From Gammaproteobacteria bacterium (lineage in GTDB: Bacteria > Pseudomonadota > Gammaproteobacteria > Eutrophobiales > Eutrophobiaceae), in contig JACPSH010000047.1 in NCBI GenBank assembly GCA_016193395.1, positions 2,912 through 66,911 on the forward strand: a stretch of DNA of 64,000 nucleotides. Direction: 5' to 3'. A program made the position numbers and the translations under genes. Numbering within the stretch: the stretch's first letter is position 1; the number at the start of each line of letters is the position of its first letter. Below are positions 52,293-62,026 of this stretch, piece after piece. A model generated the notes under the pieces. The model saw nothing but the letters and a program-made list of their open reading frames with translations. It was not told the DNA's origin and searched no databases.

Positions 52293-53009
52293 ATGAGTGA
52301 TTCTGCGATCCAGATCGAGGGTGTGCACAAACGCTACGGCGCCAACCAGGTGCTGCGCGGCGTCGACCTCTCGATCGGGCGCGGGGAATTCTTCGGCCTG
52401 GTCGGCGTGAATGGCGCCGGCAAGACGACGTTGATGAAGTGCTTGCTGGATTTTGCGCGTGCCGATGCCGGCGCCCTGTCGCTGTTCGGCATAACGCACA
52501 CGGAGCCGCGCGCGCGCGCGGCGCTGGCCTATCTCCCGGAGAAGTTCACACCGCCGTATTACCTGGGCGGCGACGACTTTCTGCGGTATATGGCCGAGTT
52601 GTATGGTATTTCCATTTCCCCAGCGGCACTCGATTCCCTGCTGCCTATCGTCGATCTGGATCGCGTGGCGTTGCAGAAACCGGTGCGGCAGTTGTCCAAA
52701 GGGACGGCGCAGAAACTCGGCATCCTCGCCTGCCTGTCGAGCGGCCGGAAGCTCCTGGTGATGGACGAGCCGATGAGCGGTCTCGATCCCAAGGTCCGGG
52801 CGCGCCTCAAGCAACACCTGCTGCGGCTCAAGGCCGAGGGACGAACCTTGTTTTTCAGCACGCACCTGCTGCATGACGCGGAAACCCTTTGTGACCGCGT
52901 GGCCATTTTGCACGGCGGCCGGGTGCGCTTCACCGGCTCGCCCGCGCAATGTTGCCGGGAGTTCGGAACCGGCGACTTCGAGCAGGCCTATCTCCGCTGC
53001 GTGGGATGA
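52293..53009 (+). CDS. ABC transporter ATP-binding protein (PilH-like)
   Basis: GVNGAGKT, LSKG signature, MDEPMSGLDP, FSTH. Confidence 0.92.
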   Translation: MSDSAIQIEGVHKRYGANQVLRGVDLSIGRGEFFGLVGVNGAGKTTLMKCLLDFARADAGALSLFGITHTEPRARAALAYLPEKFTPPYYLGGDDFLRYMAELYGISISPAALDSLLPIVDLDRVALQKPVRQLSKGTAQKLGILACLSSGRKLLVMDEPMSGLDPKVRARLKQHLLRLKAEGRTLFFSTHLLHDAETLCDRVAILHGGRVRFTGSPAQCCREFGTGDFEQAYLRCVG

Positions 53010-53097
53010 ATCACTGGCGCCGCCGCCGGCTGCGGAACCTGCCCGCCCCACCGGTGCTATACTGACGACCCTTCACGCTCACGTCCTCGAATCAGTC

Positions 53098-53619
53098 ATG
53101 CGCCGATTCCTGCTGCTCGCCAGCCTCATGATGGTCTCCACGGCGGCGCCGGCGCGCATGTATCAATGGATCGACCCTGACACGCAGACGCCGCAACTGT
53201 CCGGCACGCCTCCGACCTGGTACCGGAGCGCTGAAAAAGGGCCGCGGGTGTTCGTCATCGAGAATGGGAAGGTGATCGACGACACGCAGGTGGAGGTGTC
53301 CGAGGTGACGCGCCAGCAACTCCGGGAAAATGCGCTGATTGCGGCGGCACGGGACCGCGAAGCGGCTCGGGAGAAGCTGATGGAGGCGGAACGCCTCAAG
53401 GCCGCGATGCGCGGTGGCAAGGAGGAGGAGGAGATCGACCTCGCCCTCCCCGAGGACGAAGAAGAGGAGCCGCCGGCGGAACCGGAGCAGGCCGCAACGG
53501 CCGCCTCGACCGGGCCGACTCTGGAGGAAATGAAGGCGCTGGTCGAACAGTGGGAGAAACTGCGCACGAAAGGGGCACGCGAGGTAATCGAAGGTGAGGA
53601 AGTGAAAAGTGAAAAGTGA
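53098..53619 (+). CDS. Exported DUF4124-like protein
   Basis: Signal peptide followed by MYQWIDPDTQTPQLSGTPP; acidic coiled-coil tail. Confidence 0.65.
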   Translation: MRRFLLLASLMMVSTAAPARMYQWIDPDTQTPQLSGTPPTWYRSAEKGPRVFVIENGKVIDDTQVEVSEVTRQQLRENALIAAARDREAAREKLMEAERLKAAMRGGKEEEEIDLALPEDEEEEPPAEPEQAATAASTGPTLEEMKALVEQWEKLRTKGAREVIEGEEVKSEK

Positions 53620-53722
53620 AAAAGGGGCCAGATTTATTTTCCGGCGAACTGGAAAATAAATCTGGCCCCTTTTTCTCGTAACGCGTTCTTTCTTTTCACT
53701 TTAAACTTTCCACTTTTCACTT
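53600..53722. repeat. 25-bp REP-like palindrome nested in inverted AAGTGAA heptamer arrays
   Basis: gaaaaaggggccagatttattttcc (53618-42) / ggaaaataaatctggcccctttttc (53651-75); (AAGTGAA)x3 on the left and (TTCACTT)-like x4 on the right. Confidence 0.85.
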
Positions 53723-55189
53723 CCCTGCGAACAGGCTCTTGATGGCGGCCAGGAATCCCCTGTCCTGGTTCTGCATCAGGTTCTGAAGGGACAACAGGGC
53801 CTGGTTGTCCGGGTTGATGCGCAACCCGATGTCGATGTAAGCCGCAGACTTCTCCATTTCATTGCGCGCCAGCGCCTGCTCGGCAAGCACCGCGTACTGG
53901 TCCGCGATCTCGAGGATCCCCCGCACCGCGGTCGGATTGCCGGGATCGAGTTCGAGCAGCCGGTTGAAGTAGTAGTAGGCGTTATCCTTGGGCGGAAAAG
54001 TCAGCTTGAATTCTTCCAGGCTCTGTTTCCCGAGCCAGACGAGCGCCTGGATGACCTCCTCGGACGGCGGCGGCGCGGGGACGGCAGCCTCCGGTTCCGG
54101 CGTCCCGGGGTTGGCCGGGGCTGCTTCCGGTTCGGGAGCGCCGGATTCGGCCACGGCGGCCTGGGCGACCGGCAACGGCGCGGGCCCGGGTTGCAGCACG
54201 GTATCGGTGGAGACGCGATCCGTGCGCACGCTGGGCGCCTTGAGCGTGATCTCGACGTATTTCAGCGACGAGAACAGGATCAGGCCAAGCAGCATCACAC
54301 CGCCGAGGATCTGCTTGGCGCGGCGCTCGCGCAGCTCGGCGCGGACCGCGCCGGCTCCCGTGACGTCCAGATCCGCGCCCATGACCTTGCGCCTGTGCGC
54401 TTTCTGGATCTTCGCAATCTCCACAGTCAGCGTTTCGGCGTCCGTAAACCGCTCGTCGCGCTTCTTCGCCATCATCCGGTTCAGCAGCGGCTGCATGTCC
54501 TGGTATTCCTTAGGCAGCGTCGGGACCGGTGCGGACTTGTGCTGGATGACGATGTCGATGACCGAGTCCGAGATGTACGGTTTCTTGCCGGTCAGCATCT
54601 CGTAGAAGATGCATCCCAGGCTGTAGATGTCGGCGCGGCCGTCGATGCGCACGCCATCGGCCTGTTCCGGGCTCACGTAATTGGGGCTGCCGAGGAAAAT
54701 CCCGGTGGACGTCAGGTCGGTTTCCGTGTCGACCTGCTTGGCGATGCCGAAGTCGGTCAGCAGCGGCGTGGCGTCGTCGCGGAACAGGATGTTGGCCGGC
54801 TTGACGTCGCGGTGGACGATGCCGTGCTTGTGTGCCTCGCCCAGCGCGCCCGCGATCTTCACCAGGTATTCGAGGGCTTCGCCCGCAGAAATGGGCAGTT
54901 CCATGCGGCGCTTGAGGTCGCCGCCCTGGACGTACTCCATCGAGATGAACAGCGACCTGTCGGCAAGGCCAATGTCGTAAATCGTGATGATGTTGGGATG
55001 CTGCAGGGATGCGATGATCCGTCCCTCGGCGAGGAAACGCTCGACCATGTCCTCGGCATGCTGGGTGTTCATCTGGTCCAGGATCTTGAGCACGACGGGG
55101 CGGTGCAGCGACTCCTGGATGGCCAGGTACACCGTCGCCATCCCGCCTTTGCCGATCAATCGCTGGATGGAATAGCCGGGGATCTCCAT
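53717..55189 (-). CDS. Hanks-type Ser/Thr protein kinase with TM and TPR-like periplasmic domain
   Basis: IGKGGMATVY, HRDVKPANIL, DFGIAK, GSPNYVSPEQ, DIYSLG; C-terminal LTFPPKDNA...LDPGN. Confidence 0.93.
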   Translation of the reverse strand: MEIPGYSIQRLIGKGGMATVYLAIQESLHRPVVLKILDQMNTQHAEDMVERFLAEGRIIASLQHPNIITIYDIGLADRSLFISMEYVQGGDLKRRMELPISAGEALEYLVKIAGALGEAHKHGIVHRDVKPANILFRDDATPLLTDFGIAKQVDTETDLTSTGIFLGSPNYVSPEQADGVRIDGRADIYSLGCIFYEMLTGKKPYISDSVIDIVIQHKSAPVPTLPKEYQDMQPLLNRMMAKKRDERFTDAETLTVEIAKIQKAHRRKVMGADLDVTGAGAVRAELRERRAKQILGGVMLLGLILFSSLKYVEITLKAPSVRTDRVSTDTVLQPGPAPLPVAQAAVAESGAPEPEAAPANPGTPEPEAAVPAPPPSEEVIQALVWLGKQSLEEFKLTFPPKDNAYYYFNRLLELDPGNPTAVRGILEIADQYAVLAEQALARNEMEKSAAYIDIGLRINPDNQALLSLQNLMQNQDRGFLAAIKSLFAGK

Positions 55190-55272
55190 AATCGCGATTA
55201 TAAGATCAATCCCCGCAAATGTAGTCTGTGGAACAGCTCGTGGCTCGAGTCTCTCAAGGCGGATCATCCGGG

Positions 55273-55986
55273 ATGTCGTCTCCCGCCCCGGGCGTGGCCG
55301 GCATGCTGCTCCTGGCCGCGATTTCATGCGGGTGCGCGCTGTCCGGCGAGCAATCCACCGCGCGCACGGCCAGCCTCGAACCGATACGCACTGTGCGGGG
55401 ATTTTCCGATCTCGCGACGACCCGCACGTTCGTCCAGTCGCCGCGACCGGATCGTTTCAGCGTCTGTTTCGGCAACACCTGCCGCCATGTGGCGACGGTG
55501 AAACTGGCGGTCGCATCCTGGGACCGGGTCCGCGCCGCTTTCCTGCCCGCTCCGCGGGATGCCGTGGAAGAGCGTGATCGGATCGCCGTGGCCATCGCCT
55601 GGATCGAATCGGAGGTTGGCGGAATCACGGGCACCTGGCGCGATCGGGGCGAGAACAGTGCCGGCAGTGGCGAGGACGGACAGATGGACTGCGTCGACGA
55701 AGCCAACAATTCAACCGTGTATCTCGAAATGCTGCTCAATGACGGCCTGCTCCGCTGGCATCGTCCCGGGCCACGCATCAGCCGCGGCGTCTCGCGCCTG
55801 CTCGTTCCGCATTTCACCGCCACCGTCGTGCAAACCGGGACCGGCGCGCGTTTCGCCGTAGATTCCTGGTTCGAGGATAACGGCAAGCCGCCGTACATCG
55901 TCCTGCTTGCCGAATGGCAGCGCGGCTGGGAACCGAAGGGTGATCCCGCTGCCGGCCCGGGCGCGGAGGTGTCGCGGCGTGAGTAA
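55273..55986 (+). CDS. Hypothetical exported/lipoprotein with conserved cysteines
   Basis: LLLAAISCGC, CFGNTC, GQMDCVDEANNS, VDSWFEDNG. Start uncertain (55273 or 55303). Confidence 0.6.
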   Translation: MSSPAPGVAGMLLLAAISCGCALSGEQSTARTASLEPIRTVRGFSDLATTRTFVQSPRPDRFSVCFGNTCRHVATVKLAVASWDRVRAAFLPAPRDAVEERDRIAVAIAWIESEVGGITGTWRDRGENSAGSGEDGQMDCVDEANNSTVYLEMLLNDGLLRWHRPGPRISRGVSRLLVPHFTATVVQTGTGARFAVDSWFEDNGKPPYIVLLAEWQRGWEPKGDPAAGPGAEVSRRE

Positions 55987-56446
55987 GGGGCGGAAACAGG
56001 GAGACGGCGAACGGCGCGCGCGCGGGGGGTCGATCGTCAAAAAGATGCTCAAGGAGCGCTCCGAATTGCTGTCATTGTTAATGGAGCTCTCGCAGGCCGA
56101 TCCGAGGCACGCTGCCCGTACCGATCCGGACGTGCTGCTGGAGTTCTGCCAGGTGCTGGTCGATTACGTTGCCGCCGGTCACTTCGGCCTGTACGAGCGC
56201 ATCATCAGCGGCCAGGAGCGCCGCCGTAACGTGGCTCAGTTTGCGGCCGATCTGTTGCCGCGCCTCGAGCAGACGACGGAGGTCGCAATGGCGTTCAACG
56301 AAAAATACGCGCCGGACAGCGGCGATCCGGACCTTACGCGCCTGCTCGAGGACCTGTCTGAACTCGGCGAGGAACTCACCACGCGGTTCGAGCTGGAGGA
56401 TCGCCTGTTTGGACTGTTCCTGGAACCGGCCGGCGGCGCGCATTGA
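55979..56446 (+). CDS. rsd: Rsd/AlgQ anti-sigma70 factor
   Basis: FCQVLVDYVAAGHFGLYE, FNEKY, LGEELTTRFELEDRL. Confidence 0.88.
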   Translation: MSKGRKQGDGERRARGGSIVKKMLKERSELLSLLMELSQADPRHAARTDPDVLLEFCQVLVDYVAAGHFGLYERIISGQERRRNVAQFAADLLPRLEQTTEVAMAFNEKYAPDSGDPDLTRLLEDLSELGEELTTRFELEDRLFGLFLEPAGGAH

Positions 56447-56468
56447 CGGCGTGTAACGGTTCAGCGCC

Positions 56469-57200
56469 GTGCGGATCAATCGTGTTTTTGCAGACCAGCC
56501 ACTCGCCCGCGGTGCCCTCATCGATCTCTCCGCGGAAGGGGCGCATCACATCGGCACGGTCCTGCGCATGCGCGAAGGCGATTTCCTCCACGTTTTCGAC
56601 GGCGACGGCGGCTGTTATCTGGCGCGCATCGCGGCGCGCCGCCGCAGTACGGTGACGATCGAGCCGGTCGAGTTCCTTGCCGAGGATCGCGAATCGCCCA
56701 TCCAGGTTACGCTGGCCCAGGGACTCGCGCGCGGCACGCACATGGATTACACCATCCAGAAGGCGGTGGAGCTCGGCGTGCGACGCATCGCGCCGCTGCT
56801 GACCGAACACGGCAATGTGCGGCTCGACGGAGCGCGCGCCTCCCAGCGCATGCAGCATTGGCGCCGGATCATCATCGGCGCCTGCGAGCAATGCGGCCGC
56901 AACCGGCTTCCGGAACTGTTGGCGCCCATTCCGTTTTCCGACTGGATCGCGGGAGATGCCAGTCCGCTGCGGCTCGTTCTGCATCCGCGCGGCGAATGCG
57001 GGCTGGGCGGCGTGCCGGCCGGCGGTGCGGGCGTCACGCTCCTCTGCGGTCCGGAGGGCGGTTTCGCCGAGCCGGAATTCGAAGCTGCGATGCGCGCCGG
57101 GTATACCGGAGTGCGGCTCGGACCCCGGATCCTGCGCACCGAGACCGCCGCGGTCGCGGCGCTCGCAGCGTGTCAGGTGCTGTGGGGCGATCTGCGCTGA
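56469..57200 (+). CDS. rsmE: 16S rRNA m3U1498 methyltransferase
   Basis: HIGTVLRM, IQKAVELGV, ACEQCGR, GPEGGF, LGPRILRTETA. Confidence 0.95.
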   Translation: MRINRVFADQPLARGALIDLSAEGAHHIGTVLRMREGDFLHVFDGDGGCYLARIAARRRSTVTIEPVEFLAEDRESPIQVTLAQGLARGTHMDYTIQKAVELGVRRIAPLLTEHGNVRLDGARASQRMQHWRRIIIGACEQCGRNRLPELLAPIPFSDWIAGDASPLRLVLHPRGECGLGGVPAGGAGVTLLCGPEGGFAEPEFEAAMRAGYTGVRLGPRILRTETAAVAALAACQVLWGDLR

Positions 57201-57245
57201 GTCCGTGCGCTATACTCCCAAACCCGGTTCAAACATTCACCACAG

Positions 57246-58541
57246 ATGGCCATCGATCCCGCCCAACCCGTTCCGCATCTGACCACCGCGCTCAGCGGCC
57301 CGCTGCACCTGGTCGAGCGGCATATCCTGGATCGCCAGCCCGCGATCGAATCCTGGTTTCGCGGACAGTGGCGCAGGAGCCCGGCGCCCTTCTACGCTTC
57401 GGTCGACCTGCGCAACGCGGGATACAAGATCGCGCCCGTCGACACGAACCTGTTCCCCGCCGGGTTCAACAACCTGAACCCGGAATTCGAGTCGCTCTGC
57501 ATCCAGTCCCTGCAGCAGGCGGTGGAGCGTCTCGGCAAACCCGTCGACCGCATTGCGCTGGTTCCGGAAAGCCACACACGCAACGTTTTTTACCTGAAAA
57601 ACGTGGCCGTCCTGCAATCGCTGCTGGAGCAGGCCGGGTTTTCGGTGCGGCTCGGGTCGCTGCTGCCCGATCTGCGGGAGTCCATGGTGGTGACGCTGGA
57701 GGATGGGAGCAGCCTCAAATTCGAGCCGCTGGGCCGCGAAGGCGATCGCGTGGCTGTGGGGGACTTCGTCCCGGACCTCGTGCTGCTGAACAACGATCTC
57801 AGCGCCGGCATCCCCGCGCTGCTGGAGGACATCACCCAAATTGTCCTTCCCGCGCCGAGGCTCGGCTGGTCGACGCGGCTCAAATCGGTGCACTTCAGTT
57901 TTTACCAGCAGGTGGCTCGCGAGTTCGCGGAATTGATCGGTCTCGATCCCTGGCTGATCGATTCGCTGTTCCGCAATTGCGGCGAGATCGATTTCATGAA
58001 GCGCGAGGGGCAGTCGTGTCTCGAGAAGAACGTCAACTCCCTGCTCGAGGGCGTGCGCGCGAAATACGAAGAGTACGGTATCCAGTGCAGGCCCTTTGCG
58101 ATGGTGAAGGCGGATGCCGGCACCTACGGCATGGGCGTCATGCCGATCCACAGCGCCGAGGAGCTCATGGAACTGAACCGCAAGCAGCGCACGAAGATGG
58201 CCACCACGAAGGAAGGGCAGAAGGTGAGCAAGGTGATCATCCAGGAAGGGGTGTACACGTACGAGACCCTGGGCGAGCCGCCGCACGTCGCCGAGCCGGT
58301 CGTCTATCTCATCGACCACAACGTCGTCGGCGGCTTCTACCGCGTCCACGAGGCGCGTTCCTCCAGCGAGAACCTCAACGCGCCGGGCATGCGCTTCGAG
58401 CCGCTGGCCTTCGAGGAGTGCTGCATCTTGCCCGATCGGCACCTGTCGCCGGACGCGCACACGAACCGGTTCTATGCGTACGGCGTAATCGCCCGGCTGG
58501 CGGCCCTCGCGGCGGCCCGGGAACGGGCAAGCCTGACTTAG
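57246..58541 (+). CDS. gshA: Glutamate--cysteine ligase (beta/gamma-proteobacterial GshA type)
   Basis: VPHLTTALSGPL, SVDLRNAGYKIAPVDTNLFPAGFNNL, KADAGTYGMG, ENLNAPGM, NRFYAYGVIARLA. Confidence 0.92.
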   Translation: MAIDPAQPVPHLTTALSGPLHLVERHILDRQPAIESWFRGQWRRSPAPFYASVDLRNAGYKIAPVDTNLFPAGFNNLNPEFESLCIQSLQQAVERLGKPVDRIALVPESHTRNVFYLKNVAVLQSLLEQAGFSVRLGSLLPDLRESMVVTLEDGSSLKFEPLGREGDRVAVGDFVPDLVLLNNDLSAGIPALLEDITQIVLPAPRLGWSTRLKSVHFSFYQQVAREFAELIGLDPWLIDSLFRNCGEIDFMKREGQSCLEKNVNSLLEGVRAKYEEYGIQCRPFAMVKADAGTYGMGVMPIHSAEELMELNRKQRTKMATTKEGQKVSKVIIQEGVYTYETLGEPPHVAEPVVYLIDHNVVGGFYRVHEARSSSENLNAPGMRFEPLAFEECCILPDRHLSPDAHTNRFYAYGVIARLAALAAARERASLT

Positions 58542-58568
58542 GGACTCTGGGCTGGTGCGAGTCGCTGA

Positions 58569-58739
58569 CTCGGATTATTCATGAACGAAAAGTCGATAAG
58601 CGGACGGGTGGCATCGGGTACGGCCATCCGCGCGCAGCGGAAGGGACCCACCGGGGGATGGGTGGAGCGAGCACGGACGGCTGTACCCGATGACAGGACC
58701 TGGCCCGCTGATGACTCAATCGTTCATGAATAATCCGAG
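58569..58739 (+). mobile_element. MITE-like element with perfect 20-bp terminal inverted repeats and a structured core
   Basis: ctcggattattcatgaacga (58569-88) / tcgttcatgaataatccgag (58720-39); core 58601-58706 belongs to the 8.1/23.5/48.9 kb family. Confidence 0.8.
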
Positions 58740-59485
58740 CCAGTCTCCAGTCCCTTCTTCCTGAGTTCCCCACGCACGTCCGCCAGGTGCCGGCGGCTGA
58801 CCGGCAACAGCCGGCTTGCGCCGCTCAGACGCACTTGGTAGGTCCCATCCGGCGCCCGCTCGAGGGCCTCGAGATATTCGAGCGCCACCAGGGTGCCGCG
58901 GTGAACGCGCAGGAAGCGCCCGGCTAATTCCGCTTCCAGATCACGCAGCGACTCGTCCAGCAGTACTTCGCGACCGGTCCAGCCCACGCAGACGTACTTC
59001 TGTTCCGCGTGCAGGTAACGGATATCGCGAATGGCGATGAGCTGGATCCCCCCGTGGTGGGCGACGCTGATATGGGTACGCCTGTGTTCCCCCGGGTCGC
59101 GCCGTCGCAGCGACTCGCTGCGTGCGCGGCTGATCACGCGGGCCTTCCGCAGCGCCTCCAGGAGACGCTCGGCGCGGATCGGTTTCAGCAGGTAATCGAC
59201 GGCGTTCGTCTCGAACGCCGCCAGCGCGTGATCGTCGTAGGCGGTCGTGAAGATCACCGCCGGCGGGGCTTCCATGCGCGACAGGTGGCCGGCCGTTTCA
59301 ATCCCGTCCATGCCCGGCATGCGTATATCGAGCAGGATCGCGTCCGGGTGTTCCGACTGGGCCAGCTCGAGGGCCTTGATTCCATTATCGGCTTCCAGCA
59401 GGACGTGTTCTCCGCCGCCGCGCCGGATCAGTTCCTTCAGCCGCTCCCGGGCGAGCTGTTCGTCGTCAACGATCAGGTATTTCAT
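58724..59485 (-). CDS. algR: LytTR-family response regulator (AlgR-like)
   Basis: [44 protein letters not shown]; argH-fimS-algR synteny. Confidence 0.85.
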   Translation of the reverse strand: MKYLIVDDEQLARERLKELIRRGGGEHVLLEADNGIKALELAQSEHPDAILLDIRMPGMDGIETAGHLSRMEAPPAVIFTTAYDDHALAAFETNAVDYLLKPIRAERLLEALRKARVISRARSESLRRRDPGEHRRTHISVAHHGGIQLIAIRDIRYLHAEQKYVCVGWTGREVLLDESLRDLEAELAGRFLRVHRGTLVALEYLEALERAPDGTYQVRLSGASRLLPVSRRHLADVRGELRKKGLETGSDYS

Positions 59486-60563
59486 GGCGCGACGGGATCG
59501 TGAGGCTCACCCGGTAGTCCCCCGGGCCGGAATGAATGGCGAGCAGGCCCGCCCTGCCGAAGAAGGCGCTCAGCCGCTGCGCAACGTTCTCCTGCGCCAG
59601 CCGGTTGCCTTCGTGCCAGCCGGCGCGCGTGTTCTCCGCGGGTCTTGGATTGTCGATATGAATGGTCAGCTCCGGGCGCGCGGCATCGCGGCTGATGCGG
59701 ATCGTTCCTCCGCCGGTCAGCGGTTCGATGCCGTGGTAGATGGCGTTCTCGAGCAGCGGCTGCAGGGTGAGCGGGGGCAGTCGCAGGTCGGGTACCGCGT
59801 CGAGGCCGCTCCACTCCACGCGCAGCCGCTCGCCCAGCCGGTGCTGTTCGATGCGCAGGTACTGTTTGCAGAGCGTAATCTCGTCCCCGAGCGTGGTCGC
59901 CTCGCCGGCGTCGCGCAGGCTGGCGCGGATCAGATCCGAGAGATCCTCGATGGACTGTTCCGCGAGATCCGGGCGTTGATGGGTGAGGCTCGCGATCGTA
60001 TTCATGCAGTTGAACAGAAAGTGCGGCCGGATGCGTGACTGCAGCGCCTGGAAACGGGCGTCCGCCTCGGATTCGATCCGCCGCCGCCACTGGTGGCGCA
60101 CATAGAAATAGCGCAGGGCGAGCGCCCAGGAAATCCCGCTGATGCCCATGCTGCGCAGCAGGAACAGCGCATGGGTGTCCGGAATAGGCGTCGGCGGGAT
60201 CCATCGCACTGCAATCTGCCACGCCAGCTCCGCGACAATCATCGTGACGAGCAGCACCACGGCGTAGCTGCCCCCCGCCACCCACAGTTCCGGCAATCGG
60301 CGCAGCAGGCGTTGCGCCAGGCACAGCGCCCCAAGACAGCTCAAGGCCATCCACTGGGCGTAGAACGAGAACAGGGCGATATCGAACAGTTCCTCGGTGC
60401 TTGAATGGGATCGCGCGAGCGTCAGAGCGATAACCAGCAACTCGGCAAGCAGCACCACGACGAACACCATGCGGGTGCCGCAGAAATCGGGCAGAAACGA
60501 AGGTGGGCCGTGGCCGGCGCCGTGCTCGCCGGGGGCCGTGAATGCGTTGTTCGCGGAGGTCAT
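59466..60563 (-). CDS. fimS: FimS/AlgZ sensor histidine kinase
   Basis: [44 protein letters not shown]. Confidence 0.85.
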   Translation of the reverse strand: MTSANNAFTAPGEHGAGHGPPSFLPDFCGTRMVFVVVLLAELLVIALTLARSHSSTEELFDIALFSFYAQWMALSCLGALCLAQRLLRRLPELWVAGGSYAVVLLVTMIVAELAWQIAVRWIPPTPIPDTHALFLLRSMGISGISWALALRYFYVRHQWRRRIESEADARFQALQSRIRPHFLFNCMNTIASLTHQRPDLAEQSIEDLSDLIRASLRDAGEATTLGDEITLCKQYLRIEQHRLGERLRVEWSGLDAVPDLRLPPLTLQPLLENAIYHGIEPLTGGGTIRISRDAARPELTIHIDNPRPAENTRAGWHEGNRLAQENVAQRLSAFFGRAGLLAIHSGPGDYRVSLTIPSRHEIPDR

Positions 60564-60609
60564 ACGCTATACTGTCAGTGATTTTCCACGATGTGGACTC
60601 CCGCAAACG

Positions 60610-62019
60610 ATGGCACCCAAGCAGACTACAGTAAAGCCCTGGTCCGGCCGCTTCGGCGCCGATACCGACAGCTTTGTGGAGGATTTCACGGAATCCGTAT
60701 CCTTCGATCGGCGCCTGTGGCGTCATGATATCGAGGGCTCGATTGCGCACGCGCGCATGCTGGCGCGGGTCGGGGTGTTGACCGAGTCGGAGTGCGCCCA
60801 GATCACCTCCGGCCTCGAAGCGATACGCGGCGAGATCGAGGCCGGCCGGTTCGAGTGGCGCCAGGAACTCGAAGACGTGCACATGAACATCGAGGCGGCT
60901 CTCTCGGCGCGCATCGGCGAGGTCGGCAAGAAGCTGCACACCGCCCGGTCGCGCAACGATCAGGTTGCTACCGACCTACGGCTTTACCTGCGCGGAGAGA
61001 TTGACGAAATCCGCGCCAGCCTGCGCGGCCTGATCACCGTGCTGGCGGATCTCGCCGAACGCGAGGCCGACACGATCATGCCTGGCTTCACGCACATGCA
61101 GGTTGCGCAGCCGGTTACTTTCGGTCATCACATGCTGGCGTGGTGCGCGATGCTGCAACGCGACCTGCAACGGCTCGGCGACTGCCGCCGGCGCGTCGAC
61201 GTCCTGCCGCTCGGCGCGGCGGCGCTCGCGGGCACCGGTTTTCCGATCGATCGACAGTTCACCGCGCAATTGCTCGGCTTCTCGAAGGTCGCGGAGAATT
61301 CGCTCGACGCGGTCAGCGACCGCGACTTCGCGGTGGAGTTTTGCGCGGCGGGCGCGCTGATCCTGATGCACCTGTCGCGCTTCTCGGAGGAGCTGGTGTT
61401 GTGGATGTCGACGCAATTCGGCTTCATCGATCTGGACGATACCTGGTGCACCGGCTCATCGATCATGCCGCAGAAGAAGAACCCGGACGTGCCCGAACTC
61501 GTGCGCGGCAAGACCGGGCGCGTGTATGGCGACCTGCTGGCGCTGCTGACGATCATGAAAGGCCAGCCGCTCGCCTATAACCGCGACAACCAGGAGGACA
61601 AACCCGCTCTCTTCGATTGCGTCGATACCGTGCGAGCCTGCCTGCGCGCCTATGGCGGGCTGGTGCCGGGGATCCGCGTCCGGCGCGAGGTATTGCGCGC
61701 GGCCGCCGCCCGCGGCTTGGGAACTGCGACCGATCTCGCAGACTACCTGGTGGACAAGGGGGTACCGTTCCGTACGGCCCACGCGGTGGTCGGGCGCATC
61801 GTGCAGTTCGCCACGGAGCAGGGGCGCGATCTGGCCGAATTGAAGATCGAGGAGCTGCGCCGCTTCAGCGAACACATCGCTGCGGACGTATTCGCGCGGT
61901 TGGAACTTCAGGGCTCGGTCAATGCCAGAGATCACATCGGCGGCACCGCGCCGGCCCAGGTACGGCAGGCCGTTCAGCGCCTGCGGGCGTGGCTCGACGC
62001 GCACCTAAACCAGGAGTAG
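60610..62019 (+). CDS. argH: Argininosuccinate lyase
   Basis: [37 protein letters not shown]. Confidence 0.97.
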   Translation: MAPKQTTVKPWSGRFGADTDSFVEDFTESVSFDRRLWRHDIEGSIAHARMLARVGVLTESECAQITSGLEAIRGEIEAGRFEWRQELEDVHMNIEAALSARIGEVGKKLHTARSRNDQVATDLRLYLRGEIDEIRASLRGLITVLADLAEREADTIMPGFTHMQVAQPVTFGHHMLAWCAMLQRDLQRLGDCRRRVDVLPLGAAALAGTGFPIDRQFTAQLLGFSKVAENSLDAVSDRDFAVEFCAAGALILMHLSRFSEELVLWMSTQFGFIDLDDTWCTGSSIMPQKKNPDVPELVRGKTGRVYGDLLALLTIMKGQPLAYNRDNQEDKPALFDCVDTVRACLRAYGGLVPGIRVRREVLRAAAARGLGTATDLADYLVDKGVPFRTAHAVVGRIVQFATEQGRDLAELKIEELRRFSEHIAADVFARLELQGSVNARDHIGGTAPAQVRQAVQRLRAWLDAHLNQE

Positions 62020-62026
62020 CGCCGGC

